Positions 19,225-29,036 of a stretch of DNA of 64,000 nt are shown here, one piece after another. Numbering within the stretch: the first letter of the stretch is position 1; each line of letters opens with the position of its first letter. Both the position numbers and the translations under genes were made by a program. The notes below the pieces were generated by a model. It had not been told where the DNA came from. It did not search any database and saw only the letters and a program-made list of their open reading frames with translations. The DNA is from Alphaproteobacteria bacterium (GTDB lineage Bacteria; Pseudomonadota; Alphaproteobacteria; Rs-D84), in NCBI GenBank assembly GCA_009784275.1, contig WRCA01000004.1:5748-69747 (forward strand), in the 5' to 3' direction.

Positions 19225-19988
19225 TGAAAAAGAACTTATTTCTTATTCCTTTACTCCTTTTGCTTTGTGCTTGCTCAAAGCAAGACCCGATTTTGCCCGG
19301 CGCGCGGACACCGATTTTTGAAAGCGCGTCTGTACGAACTGAAAAAGGCGCAATCCCGGAAGAAATCTTGGCAGCCAGTTTTGCAAGAATTGTGCCAATC
19401 GAATCGCAGAAGATGTACGAGCAGAATCTGAATAACGAAATTTTTGAAGTTTCGGATACCGGCGAAAAAAGAAAAATCTTTGCGGGATTTCCGACTTTGG
19501 GAAAAATGGATATTCAGCGAACCCCGGTTGTTTATAAGAATTATGTTTATGCTGGGCTCACCACAGGCGAATTAGTAAAGGTTAATCCGAAAACCCGTGA
19601 AGTTATTTGGGTCGCGGATATTTTCAATGACACCGATATGTTGGGTGGCGGATCGGTCTTGGATATAGTCGCGCCGATAGTGATTAATGAAGACAGAGTT
19701 TTTGCTGGCGGCATGGGTGGTGCTTTTTGCAGACTGGATATTGCAAATGGCAATAAGAAATGGTGTATTGGGATAAGCGTAGCAGCGCCGTTTGTAATTG
19801 CGGGGGACTTGGCATTTGTGATGAGCGTAGATAGTGTACTTTATGCATTAGATGCGCGTGACGGAACAATTTATTGGACGGCGCAGACAAGAAAAGCAGT
19901 CGCACCAAAATTAGAATCCGCGAATGGAAAATACTTTGTAAAAGTCGGGAAAGAAAAATTTAATGCTGCAACAGGAAAAGTAGAATAA
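19224..19988 (+). CDS. bamB: BamB-like PQQ beta-propeller lipoprotein (short, 254 aa)
   Basis: Lipobox LLLCACS. PQQ-like repeats (YALDARDGTIYW). Synteny with yfgM. Confidence 0.5.
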   Translation: MKKNLFLIPLLLLLCACSKQDPILPGARTPIFESASVRTEKGAIPEEILAASFARIVPIESQKMYEQNLNNEIFEVSDTGEKRKIFAGFPTLGKMDIQRTPVVYKNYVYAGLTTGELVKVNPKTREVIWVADIFNDTDMLGGGSVLDIVAPIVINEDRVFAGGMGGAFCRLDIANGNKKWCIGISVAAPFVIAGDLAFVMSVDSVLYALDARDGTIYWTAQTRKAVAPKLESANGKYFVKVGKEKFNAATGKVE

Positions 19989-20013
19989 TAAGAATCGCGC
20001 ATTCGCGCGATTT

Positions 20014-20319
20014 TTAAATGTTTGCACATTCTATGATCTTTTCCTGTTCGCCATCTGTAACTATCATCATCCAATCTTCGCCTTTATTCCATAATACAAC
20101 CGAGGCATCTTCTGTTTGGTACTTTGCGCCGCTGGCGGCTACAACCTGGGGCATAGAAACTTTTACGCTATTAATGACCGTATCGATGCGTTCGTTATAG
20201 ACCTTGATCGCAACATCAAAATCGCCACATTTGGTTGTCGTTTCGGCCAAAGGCTTTTCTTTCTTTTCACAAGCTGCCAATGCCAAAACGCATAATCCGC
20301 CGATTAAAATTTTGTTCAT
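20014..20319 (-). CDS. mliC: Membrane-bound lysozyme inhibitor of C-type lysozyme (MliC)
   Basis: Lipobox LALAAC. Conserved SGAKY...W.KGED motif and paired Cys residues, matching the MliC family pattern. Confidence 0.7.
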   Translation of the reverse strand: MNKILIGGLCVLALAACEKKEKPLAETTTKCGDFDVAIKVYNERIDTVINSVKVSMPQVVAASGAKYQTEDASVVLWNKGEDWMMIVTDGEQEKIIECANI

Positions 20320-20348
20320 GTTTTTTCCTTTCTTTTGGGTTGGTTTAA

Positions 20349-22430
20349 TTAAAACACTCCGCCAACTTCCACAGGTTGCTGATAGCCATCGGATGTGGGC
20401 TGTGGGCTGTTGATTCCTGGTTGATTCGGTTTTTGTCCGCGCTTGAATGCTTCGTTGATGATAAAGCCATCACTGCCGGTTGCAGGCGTACCGGTTTGCC
20501 GGTTTATACGACGAAATTCTATGCCGTTCGGAACGGGAAATGGCTGGTCTTTGGTACTGGCCAATGCGACAGTCATAAAGTCAGAAAAAACCTTTGCCGC
20601 CATATGGCTGCCTGCGCCCGCACCCATGGGCTTCGGGGTGTCATATCCCATCCATACGCCTGCTACCAAGTCTTTGGAAAATCCGACAAACCATACGTCT
20701 TTTACATCATTGGTGGTGCCTGTCTTGCCGGCGATGGTATGTCCAGGAACATGCGCGGCGCGACCAGTTCCGCGTTCTACTACGCCTTGGAGAATAGATA
20801 CAACCTGATACAGGCTTTGCGGATCAGCCAATGGCTCTCCATTTTCTTTTTGCTGGGGTGGTGTTAAATCATTCCGCCAGTCTTCGGGGCGCACAGATCC
20901 CGTTCCTACAAGCCTTCCATATCTGTCTTCTATATAGTCGACCAATTTAGGTTCTTGCCGATATCCGCCATTAATAAATGCTGCGAAACCCAAAGTTAAT
21001 TTTTGCAATGTTGTTTCGCCAGAACCAAGGGCCAAAGATAAGTTCATATTTTTCAAATTTTCCGGATAAACGCCGAACCGTTGCGCTGCTGCAACCGCTT
21101 TGCGCACCCCGATTTGTTCAACCAGCCTGACTGTTGGGACATTTCGCGATTGTTCCAATGCCAAGCGCAATGGCACTGGTCCCAAGAATTTTTTGTCGTA
21201 GTTTTCAGGCTTCCATAAGCTGTCGTCCTCCTTCCATCCTACGATCGGCGCATCCAAAATCAATGATGTTGGATTCCATACATCACTGTCTTCCAATGCG
21301 GCCAGATATACGAAAGGTTTAATAGTAGAACCGATTTGACGATAAGCTTGTGTCGAACGGTTAAAGCTGCTTTGTGCAAAGGAGTATCCGCCTGCCATCG
21401 CCAGCACTCGTCCGGTATGCGGATTAATTGCAATCACTGCGCCTTGCAATTTTTCAGATCCGCCGCGTCCCGCGTTATATGCATCCAGTGAAGTCTTCAA
21501 AGCCTTTACCGCTGCACGTTGAAAATCTGGGTCGATAGTAGTCTTTATATAGAGCCCGCCGTTATAAAGTTCTTCGCGGCCGATTTTATCCAGTAACTCG
21601 CGCCGAACTTCTTCGGCGAAGTATTGAAAGTCATCCGACTGCTGCGCCATGAATCCACTGTTTATATTCAGTTGTTCTGCCTGTGCTGCGGTCATTTCTT
21701 CTTTTGTTATAAATCCTTCTTCCATCATGCGGCGCAAGACATAGTTTCGGCGTTCTGTCGCTTTGGCCCTGTCATTGGGCGCTTTGGGCAATGACGCCAA
21801 GAATGCCGATTCGGCCAAAGTTAATTCTTTTACCGGCTTGTTAAAGTACATCAATGATGCGCTGCCTACGCCATATGCGCGTGCGCCCAAGAATATCTGA
21901 TTCAGATATAATGTCATTATATGTTCTTTGGAAAAAGCGCGTTCCAATTTAAGCGCCAGGATTCCTTCACGGATTTTGCGCGACATAGTTCTGTCACTTG
22001 TCAAAAAGAAATTCTTTGCGACTTGCTGGGTAATAGTGGATGCGCCGGTAAATCGCGCGCCCCCGCCGGCAAAGTGAATAACATTATTTGCGCCCGCGCG
22101 AACGATTCCAAAAACATCAATCCCAGGATGATGCCAGAAATTTTTATCTTCGGCGGCGATAAAGGCATTTACCAATTGCTTTGGCATATCGGTATAGTCT
22201 ATGAACACACGACGCTCTTCGGCATATTCTATCAAAAGACTTCCGTCAGATGCGTAAAGTCGTGTCGCCACCGGCGGCGCGTATGTCGCCAGTCCCCTAT
22301 AATCAGGCAAGTCTGCGCCATATCGCAAGACAATCAATGTCAATGCGACGATTCCGGTTAATAAAAGCCAGAATAAAGCACGCAACGAGAACCATGCCAG
22401 CTTCTTCATATACAGTTTGAGTTTTTCCAT
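20349..22430 (-). CDS. mrcA: Penicillin-binding protein 1A (bifunctional glycosyltransferase/transpeptidase)
   Basis: GT51 motifs (EDKNFWHHPGID, RFTGASTITQQ). Transpeptidase motifs STIKP, SRN and KTGT. Start chosen at MEKLKLY; an alternative ATG lies 57 nt upstream. Confidence 0.85.
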   Translation of the reverse strand: MEKLKLYMKKLAWFSLRALFWLLLTGIVALTLIVLRYGADLPDYRGLATYAPPVATRLYASDGSLLIEYAEERRVFIDYTDMPKQLVNAFIAAEDKNFWHHPGIDVFGIVRAGANNVIHFAGGGARFTGASTITQQVAKNFFLTSDRTMSRKIREGILALKLERAFSKEHIMTLYLNQIFLGARAYGVGSASLMYFNKPVKELTLAESAFLASLPKAPNDRAKATERRNYVLRRMMEEGFITKEEMTAAQAEQLNINSGFMAQQSDDFQYFAEEVRRELLDKIGREELYNGGLYIKTTIDPDFQRAAVKALKTSLDAYNAGRGGSEKLQGAVIAINPHTGRVLAMAGGYSFAQSSFNRSTQAYRQIGSTIKPFVYLAALEDSDVWNPTSLILDAPIVGWKEDDSLWKPENYDKKFLGPVPLRLALEQSRNVPTVRLVEQIGVRKAVAAAQRFGVYPENLKNMNLSLALGSGETTLQKLTLGFAAFINGGYRQEPKLVDYIEDRYGRLVGTGSVRPEDWRNDLTPPQQKENGEPLADPQSLYQVVSILQGVVERGTGRAAHVPGHTIAGKTGTTNDVKDVWFVGFSKDLVAGVWMGYDTPKPMGAGAGSHMAAKVFSDFMTVALASTKDQPFPVPNGIEFRRINRQTGTPATGSDGFIINEAFKRGQKPNQPGINSPQPTSDGYQQPVEVGGVF

Positions 22431-22539
22431 AGCGGAAATTATACATGCATTATTTGAAATTTCAAACCTTAAATCCCTTGACTTCATTTTTAATTTTTTC
22501 TACTCTGCAGCCAACGGAGTGTTCTTTAGGGAGGGAAAC

Positions 22540-23556
22540 ATGCCAAAAAAATCTACAAAAAAGATAGTGAAACGCGCGGCGGCAAAGCCGGCTAAATCGG
22601 CGAAACCAGTGGCAATGCCAATTGCAAAACCTATCGCCAGACCAATCGCGATACACAGCGTTAATGAAAAAGCGGCCAAACGTGCAAAACTTTCTTTGTA
22701 CATTTATTGGGTAATAATAATTTTCTTTGTCGCGTCCACTTTCTATATTCTGGGCCGCGGACATCATGTTTTGTTTGAACGTGGAACCCAAGAAATATCA
22801 ATGTCAGCGCGTGGTACTGAATTACTGACGTCCGGCAAAGATAAGCTGATGGCGGGCGATGTTCCCGGCGCGATCGAAGATATGACCGCGGCGATCGAGT
22901 CCGATCCTAAATCCGCGCTTGCGTATACTTACCGCGGCGAAGCGTATATGTCCGAGGCTAATTATGCCGCGGCGGCCGCTGATTTGGATTTTGCGATCTC
23001 ATTGGATCCAAAAAGTTCATTGGCGCTTTACGACCGCGCATTGCTGAATATACGCCTTGGCAATCTGGAAATGGCTTTGTCTGATTTGAACTCTGCATTG
23101 AATGCATTTGGCAAACGCCCGAACGAGATACTGACCGCGCGCGATATTTATTCCAGACGCGCACAATTGAATTTGTGGATGAAGAATTGGGATGCGGCGA
23201 TTGCTGATTATTCTGCCAGCCTGAACAACTCTCCGAATAATCCGTCGGATGAAGATTTTGCCGGTCGCGCAGAAGCCTTTACAGCACTGGGCAAATATCA
23301 AGAAGCCTTGAACGATTATATGACGGGGGTTACCACCATTTCCGAAACTATCAAAATGGTAGAAGACCCGATGGTGCGTATAAATATGTCCAGACGCGCG
23401 ATGTCTTATTTTGAAAAGAGCGCTGCGCTGCATGTTCAAATAGGCGATATGGCGGCGGCAAGAACAGATCTGGAAGCAGCAAATACTCTTGCAAATGCGT
23501 TGAACGACGAAGATGCCCGCGGGAGAATCCAAACCTTACTGATAAATATGCAGTAA
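22540..23556 (+). CDS. TPR-repeat protein with basic N-terminal (KP[IV]A)n segment and one TM helix
   Basis: ATG at 22540 with an AGGGAG RBS. TPR repeats (AYTYRGEAYM...). Confidence 0.5.
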   Translation: MPKKSTKKIVKRAAAKPAKSAKPVAMPIAKPIARPIAIHSVNEKAAKRAKLSLYIYWVIIIFFVASTFYILGRGHHVLFERGTQEISMSARGTELLTSGKDKLMAGDVPGAIEDMTAAIESDPKSALAYTYRGEAYMSEANYAAAAADLDFAISLDPKSSLALYDRALLNIRLGNLEMALSDLNSALNAFGKRPNEILTARDIYSRRAQLNLWMKNWDAAIADYSASLNNSPNNPSDEDFAGRAEAFTALGKYQEALNDYMTGVTTISETIKMVEDPMVRINMSRRAMSYFEKSAALHVQIGDMAAARTDLEAANTLANALNDEDARGRIQTLLINMQ

Positions 23557-23583
23557 TAAAAAAATCCGCCGAATGGCGGATTT

Positions 23584-24261
23584 TTAATTCTTAATTTTTT
23601 TCATAAATTCTTCATGTGCGGTTAATTCATCCGGGTGCGGTGGAAATTCGCGTTGCGGAAAACTTGCGCCGACCTTTGGATGTTTTGACATTGCTTCGCG
23701 CTGTTCTTCTATTATATCGCCGATATTACGCAATGGCGCCGCGCTTTCCAGTTCCAGATAAACCTTTGCCAGAATTTCTGCGTCAATCAGCGCGCCGTGC
23801 GCATCCGCACGCGCAGTCAACGATATCCCAAACCATTTTGCAAGGGCGTCCAAGCTATATTCTTTCGGCCCGAAAATTTTATGCCGCGCGATGACTATAG
23901 TATCCATTTGGCGGTCTCTTGGGATTTCGAGCAATCCTTGCTTGCGAAGCTCCCAATTAATAAAAGGAAAATCGAAGTCGAATCCGTTATGCGCAACCAC
24001 ATTGGAATCCCCAATGAATTCCAGCAGCTTTGGCGCGATGGCAGCCATCTTTGGCTTGTCTTCAAGAAAGCTGTTTGAAATTTTGTGAACCATATATGCG
24101 GATGGGGGAATTATTTTCCCTTCGGGATTTATATATTCGTGAAAGGAATTTCCGGTAATTTTGCCATCTATTACCTCTACCGCGCCGATTTCGATAACGC
24201 GATCTCCCTTTGCATAGTCGAATCCTGTGGTTTCAAGGTCAAAGCAAATTATTCTGTTCAT
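23584..24261 (-). CDS. dnaQ: DNA polymerase III epsilon subunit (3'-5' exonuclease)
   Basis: Exo motifs I (FDLETTG), II (HNGFDFDFPF) and III (HGALIDAEIL). Confidence 0.85.
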   Translation of the reverse strand: MNRIICFDLETTGFDYAKGDRVIEIGAVEVIDGKITGNSFHEYINPEGKIIPPSAYMVHKISNSFLEDKPKMAAIAPKLLEFIGDSNVVAHNGFDFDFPFINWELRKQGLLEIPRDRQMDTIVIARHKIFGPKEYSLDALAKWFGISLTARADAHGALIDAEILAKVYLELESAAPLRNIGDIIEEQREAMSKHPKVGASFPQREFPPHPDELTAHEEFMKKIKN

Positions 24262-24293
24262 TTCCAGTCCGTTTTGTGTATCATAGCAGCACT

Positions 24294-26300
24294 ATGAACG
24301 CATTGCTAGAAAATTTAAACGAAGCTCAATGTGAGGCCGTTGCCGCCACTATAAGTGGCGGGCCAGTTCTTGTGCTTGCGGGTGCGGGAACCGGAAAAAC
24401 GACGGCTCTGATTGCCTGTACCGCGGCATCGGTAATAGGGGAGAATGCAAAAGCAAAAGAATGGGAGGTATTGGCCCTGACATTCACCAATAAAGCGGCA
24501 AAGGAAATTAAAGAGCGGATTTTTCGCAAATATAACAAAGAGTTGCCATGGGCTGGTACATTTCATTCTGTTTGTTTGCGGATACTGCGACGCTGGCATG
24601 CGGAGGCCGGTTTGCGCAAAGATTTTCTTGTCTTTGGTGAGGATGAGCAAAAATCTGTTCTTAAAACCGCAATACTTGCACTCGGGATGGACACCAAGGA
24701 GTACAAGCCGTCAGATTGGCTTGAAAAAATCGCCAGATATAAAGATACTGAATCAACCGAAAAAATTTCAGGGATATTTAACAAGATTTATTCTGCCTAT
24801 AATTCAGAAATGGAACGACTGGGCGGAATCGATTTTGCGGACATCATAAATAAAACGATTTGTCTATTTGCGGAGCATCCGGAGATTCTCGAAAAATACC
24901 GTCGGCAATTCAGATATATTCTGGTTGATGAATATCAAGATACTAATGCTCCGCAGAATCATTTATTAAAAATGCTGTCAGGCGGACATGGCAATATCTG
25001 CTGTGTGGGCGATGACGACCAGAGTATTTATTCTTGGCGCGGTGCGGAAATTAAAAATATTCTGAATTTTCCACGCGAATATCCGAATGCAAAGATTATC
25101 AGGCTAGAAGAAAATTATCGTTCGACCGGAAATATTCTAGGTGCGGCAAATTCGTTGATAAAAAACAATACTGGGAGATTGGGGAAAGATCTGCATTCTA
25201 ACCTTGGTGAAGGCGAGAAAGTAAGACTTGTGGAAGTCGGCAAATATGGGGATGCTGCGCGCGAGGAAGCAACGATGATTGCGGATAGTATAGAATCTGC
25301 TAAAAAGCCATTATCGAATTTTGCGATTTTAATTCGCAGCGGTTCGCTTTCGCGTCCATTGGAAGAGGAATTGGCAAAACGACAAATTTCACATCGTTTG
25401 ATAGGCGCGATGAAGTTCTATGACCGAATGGAAATTCGGGATGTAATCGCTTATGTTCGTCTACTATGTTTTTCTTTTGATGATTTGTCGTTAAAGCGCA
25501 TTATTGGCAGTCCAAAGCGCGGCATCGGCGACGCCACAATAAAATCGTTGGAAGAATTCGCAAAGCAAAACAATTTATCTTTATTTGACGCGTTGAAAAA
25601 ATTTTCATTAAAACCAAAGCAGGCGGCAACTGCGAAAGAGTTCATAGAGTTATTTAATTTTGATTGGCAGCACATGGCGACAAAAGACGCAGTTCAGCAA
25701 TTATTAGAAAATTCTGGTTATATCAAGATGTGGCAAGAATCCAAAGATTTTGATAAAGATGACAGGTTGCACAACATTCATGATTTACTAAATTCCGTAG
25801 TTGCAAATTTTGATAGTTTGCCGGATTTTCTTGAACAAGCCTCATTAATGACAGCGGATGACGAACGGGATACAAATGAAGATTCTGTTTCAATTATGAC
25901 AATCCATGCTGCAAAAGGTTTGGAGTTCGATACTGTATTTCTACCAGCGTGGCAGGACGAAATTTTCCCACACCGGCAATCAATCAAAGAAAATTTAGAG
26001 GAAGAAAGACGTCTTGCCTATGTCGCAATCACGCGTGCAAAGCGGCATTGTGTTATTTTGTACGGCGCCCGTTCGCAATTTGGAGATTTCTATGATATGC
26101 CCAGTCGGTTTATAGATGAAATCGCAAGCGATTTTATTGAGATTGCAAATCGAAAGTCGAAGAGCAATGTCGGAAAACTAGTTATGCACGAAGAGCTGGG
26201 CAGTGGCGTTGTAATAGAAGAAAATGACGATATTATGACCGTAGCATTCAAAGACAAAGGCATAAAGAAAGTCTCGAAGAATTTTTTAACCAAAATTTAG
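24294..26300 (+). CDS. uvrD: UvrD/Rep-family ATP-dependent DNA helicase
   Basis: Walker A AGAGTGKT. Motifs DEYQDTN, YRS and TIHAAKGLEF. Start at MNALLENL. Confidence 0.8.
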   Translation: MNALLENLNEAQCEAVAATISGGPVLVLAGAGTGKTTALIACTAASVIGENAKAKEWEVLALTFTNKAAKEIKERIFRKYNKELPWAGTFHSVCLRILRRWHAEAGLRKDFLVFGEDEQKSVLKTAILALGMDTKEYKPSDWLEKIARYKDTESTEKISGIFNKIYSAYNSEMERLGGIDFADIINKTICLFAEHPEILEKYRRQFRYILVDEYQDTNAPQNHLLKMLSGGHGNICCVGDDDQSIYSWRGAEIKNILNFPREYPNAKIIRLEENYRSTGNILGAANSLIKNNTGRLGKDLHSNLGEGEKVRLVEVGKYGDAAREEATMIADSIESAKKPLSNFAILIRSGSLSRPLEEELAKRQISHRLIGAMKFYDRMEIRDVIAYVRLLCFSFDDLSLKRIIGSPKRGIGDATIKSLEEFAKQNNLSLFDALKKFSLKPKQAATAKEFIELFNFDWQHMATKDAVQQLLENSGYIKMWQESKDFDKDDRLHNIHDLLNSVVANFDSLPDFLEQASLMTADDERDTNEDSVSIMTIHAAKGLEFDTVFLPAWQDEIFPHRQSIKENLEEERRLAYVAITRAKRHCVILYGARSQFGDFYDMPSRFIDEIASDFIEIANRKSKSNVGKLVMHEELGSGVVIEENDDIMTVAFKDKGIKKVSKNFLTKI

Positions 26301-26373
26301 CCAATCAGTTAGTTATTTTCCCCTTGCGCCCGATTCGCCTTTTGTTCTATCATGCAGTAAAGGAAGGGTTTTC

Positions 26374-27594
26374 ATGCGGCTGAAGTATTCAGTTTTGCCG
26401 GTGTTTTCGCTTATTTTCACCAGTTCTGCAATTGCGGGTGCGGCTTTGCCATCAGTAAATGTCGGACGCAGTGTTTCTGCGCGCGCCATGTACGGTGAAG
26501 CGCCCGTTGCGCAAAAAGTTCAAGTCATAGAACAGAAAACAGAAAGCGTAGAAAAGCAAGAAACGGTCGCGCGCGCGGCAACCGTCAGCCATCAGCCACT
26601 TATTTCCAGTAACGATGTTTTAACGCCTCGTCGCCCCAGTGGAAATCTGTGGGCACAGTCAAAAGATACTCCGCTTCGCATGCCCAGCGCGAATGAGTTT
26701 GCAGTATTAGACAGCAGCTTTATGTTGCCGGAAGAAAGCCTGGATAGAAAACCTTCTGTCGTTAGTGCGCCTGCCCAAAAAATTGTATTGCGGCCAGAAG
26801 CACCCGCAAAAAAGGTTGTTCAAAAAGTTGTTGATGAAGAAGCTGTGCAAAAAGCATATGAAGCCGGCAGAATAGCAGAGCTGCAACGCATAGCAGACAA
26901 AGCATTGGCAGAACGCTCCACTGAATCAAAAACCAGAAAGTTGGTTGTGCCGATGAATGATGCGCCTGCCGCCCGTTCGGCTACGGTTCGTTCTACCAAA
27001 TCAACACCGATGTCAGAAGAAGAATTTGCTTATAAAGACACAGATGATACGCCTTTGACGAAGTTATCGCCGATGCAATTAAAGCGCGCGTTCAAAAAGA
27101 CCTATGTTTCAGAAAACAAACATCTATCCGCGTACAAGGCAGAAGATAGGTTTGATACCTTTGGCGATGATAGTTTTGAATCATCTATTCAGGGATTTGA
27201 CTCTACGCCCGACTTTTCGGAAAGAAACGATATTCGTCCATTAGAAATCAAGCTTAGCTTTCACGGGGATGATGCGGCGTTATCGCGTGATAATTTTATG
27301 CTATTGTCAGAATATGCCGGGATCGTGGCTGCAAATCCAAAACGCGCGGTTCAAATATCGATTCCGGAACATGCTACGCGCAGTTTTGATGGACGCAGGC
27401 TGGCGGCACGCAGGCTGACGATCATAGAGCAAGTTCTGAAAGATAATGGACTGCCGGATCAAAAGATTGTGCCAGTATTAGCAGACCGCGAAGACGAAGC
27501 GCTGGTTTTGCGAGTCATCTCGAATGAGGTATTTCAGTCCTTGACACAAAAGCGAGGCAAAAAAAGCACTACGACAAAAAGTTTAGCGTGGTGA
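26374..27594 (+). CDS. Hypothetical secreted protein. The C-terminal part is weakly OmpA/MotB-like.
   Basis: Signal peptide. The C-terminal segment FHGDDAALSRDNFMLLSEYAGIVAANPKRAVQISI...RRLAARRLTIIEQVLKDNGL resembles an OmpA-C-like fold pattern. Confidence 0.35.
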   Translation: MRLKYSVLPVFSLIFTSSAIAGAALPSVNVGRSVSARAMYGEAPVAQKVQVIEQKTESVEKQETVARAATVSHQPLISSNDVLTPRRPSGNLWAQSKDTPLRMPSANEFAVLDSSFMLPEESLDRKPSVVSAPAQKIVLRPEAPAKKVVQKVVDEEAVQKAYEAGRIAELQRIADKALAERSTESKTRKLVVPMNDAPAARSATVRSTKSTPMSEEEFAYKDTDDTPLTKLSPMQLKRAFKKTYVSENKHLSAYKAEDRFDTFGDDSFESSIQGFDSTPDFSERNDIRPLEIKLSFHGDDAALSRDNFMLLSEYAGIVAANPKRAVQISIPEHATRSFDGRRLAARRLTIIEQVLKDNGLPDQKIVPVLADREDEALVLRVISNEVFQSLTQKRGKKSTTTKSLAW

Positions 27595-27617
27595 TTTGAC
27601 AGCTGAAATCAGCTTTT

Positions 27618-28340
27618 ATGTTATCAAAACTCCTAGATTTTTTATTTCCACCCAGTTGTCCAATTTGCAAAGGGCCTGTTTCCGATCATGGAACGTTATG
27701 CGCCGAATGCTGGAACAAGTTCAACTGGATTGGTGATCCAAAATGCTGCGTATGCGGTTATCCTTTCGCAGCGAATCTGGACCTGGGCGCACATCCGCTG
27801 TGTCCCGTGTGTGCCGCGGGTCAAAATGAACTTGATTGGATGCGCAGCGCTTGTGTCTATGACGAATGGTCGCGGAATATAATGTTGCCTTTCAAGCATG
27901 CCAGCACATTGAAATATCAAAAGATTATGACCAGGGCCATGATTGCATCATTGCGCGAAATGGAAACATGTCAGAAGATTCCTGATTTAATTATTCCTGT
28001 TCCATTGTCATATCGTCGCTTGTGGAAGCGCGGATATAACCAAGCAAGTTTATTGGCGCGCCCGCTCTCGCAACATTTCAATATTCCGATGGATGTGAAT
28101 TCTGTTCACAGGAAATATCGTCCTGATATGGGGCATAAAAACGCAAAACAACGCGCGGAAAATATTCGCGGAGTTTTCAAAGTTGTCCGGCCAGAGGCCG
28201 TGAAGGGTAAAACTATTTTGCTGGTCGATGATGTTATGACAACAGGCGCGACTTTTGCGGAATTGCGCCGAGTCTTGAAACGCGCCGGTGCAGCCGCAGT
28301 ATATGGCGTTGCATTTTGCCGCGTTGTTCGTGCAATATAA
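27618..28340 (+). CDS. comF: ComF family (phosphoribosyltransferase-like) protein
   Basis: N-terminal 4-Cys Zn finger (CPIC...CAEC). PRT motif LLVDDVMTTGAT. Confidence 0.75.
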   Translation: MLSKLLDFLFPPSCPICKGPVSDHGTLCAECWNKFNWIGDPKCCVCGYPFAANLDLGAHPLCPVCAAGQNELDWMRSACVYDEWSRNIMLPFKHASTLKYQKIMTRAMIASLREMETCQKIPDLIIPVPLSYRRLWKRGYNQASLLARPLSQHFNIPMDVNSVHRKYRPDMGHKNAKQRAENIRGVFKVVRPEAVKGKTILLVDDVMTTGATFAELRRVLKRAGAAAVYGVAFCRVVRAI

Positions 28341-28409
28341 TTATTTGCTTTAAGGCATTTCGCTTGCTAATATCCCTCTGTCCGATATAAAAACCCAAGA
28401 GGTTTTATT

Positions 28410-28931
28410 ATGAAAAAAGCTATTAGCTTTTCGCTTTTCGCCATTCTTTGCATTGGCGTGGCTAATGCGGCATTGCCGCTGACTGGTTTTTATCAAACCA
28501 TTGATGACGAGACGAACAAGCCGAAATCCATTGTCGGGCTTTACCAGTGCGGCGAAAATCTTTGCGGACGCATAGTCGCGCTTTATGATGCCGAAACCGG
28601 CAAGATTTCCGAAACCCTGAATAATCCAGTTCGTGTGGCAGATAAAGTCACAGGCAGCCCGAAAATGGCGGGTCTGGATATAATCTGGAACATGAAATGG
28701 TATGAGAAAGATAATGAGTATTCAGGTGGAAAGATTATGGACCCGAAGAAAGGAAGCGTTTATTCCGCTGTTATCTGGGTGGATGAGAAAGACGCTTCGA
28801 AGCTGAATGTTCGCGGGAAAATCGGCCCGTTCGGACGCACGCAGACTTGGAATGTGATGCCTATTTCCGACTTGCCAAAGGACTTGCAGAAACTGGATAC
28901 CAGCAAATGGGAAGTGGTAGTAGTTAAGTAG
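28410..28931 (+). CDS. DUF2147-family periplasmic protein
   Basis: Signal peptide. Motif G.Y..ID...KPKSIV..Y.CG..LCGRIV...DP..G. Typical size for the family. Confidence 0.45.
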   Translation: MKKAISFSLFAILCIGVANAALPLTGFYQTIDDETNKPKSIVGLYQCGENLCGRIVALYDAETGKISETLNNPVRVADKVTGSPKMAGLDIIWNMKWYEKDNEYSGGKIMDPKKGSVYSAVIWVDEKDASKLNVRGKIGPFGRTQTWNVMPISDLPKDLQKLDTSKWEVVVVK

Positions 28932-28980
28932 CGGAACGCGCGTTTTGCGTGTTCCGCTTGTGTCGCCCAAAAGGCGACAC
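28932..28980 (+). terminator. Tandem hairpin terminator
   Basis: Hairpins gcggaacgcgcgttttgcgtgttccgc and gtgtcgcccaaaaggcgacac. Confidence 0.55.
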
Positions 28981-29036
28981 TTTTATTTGATTTTACGGGG
29001 GCAAAATAGTATTATCAAACACATAAGGAAACACAA

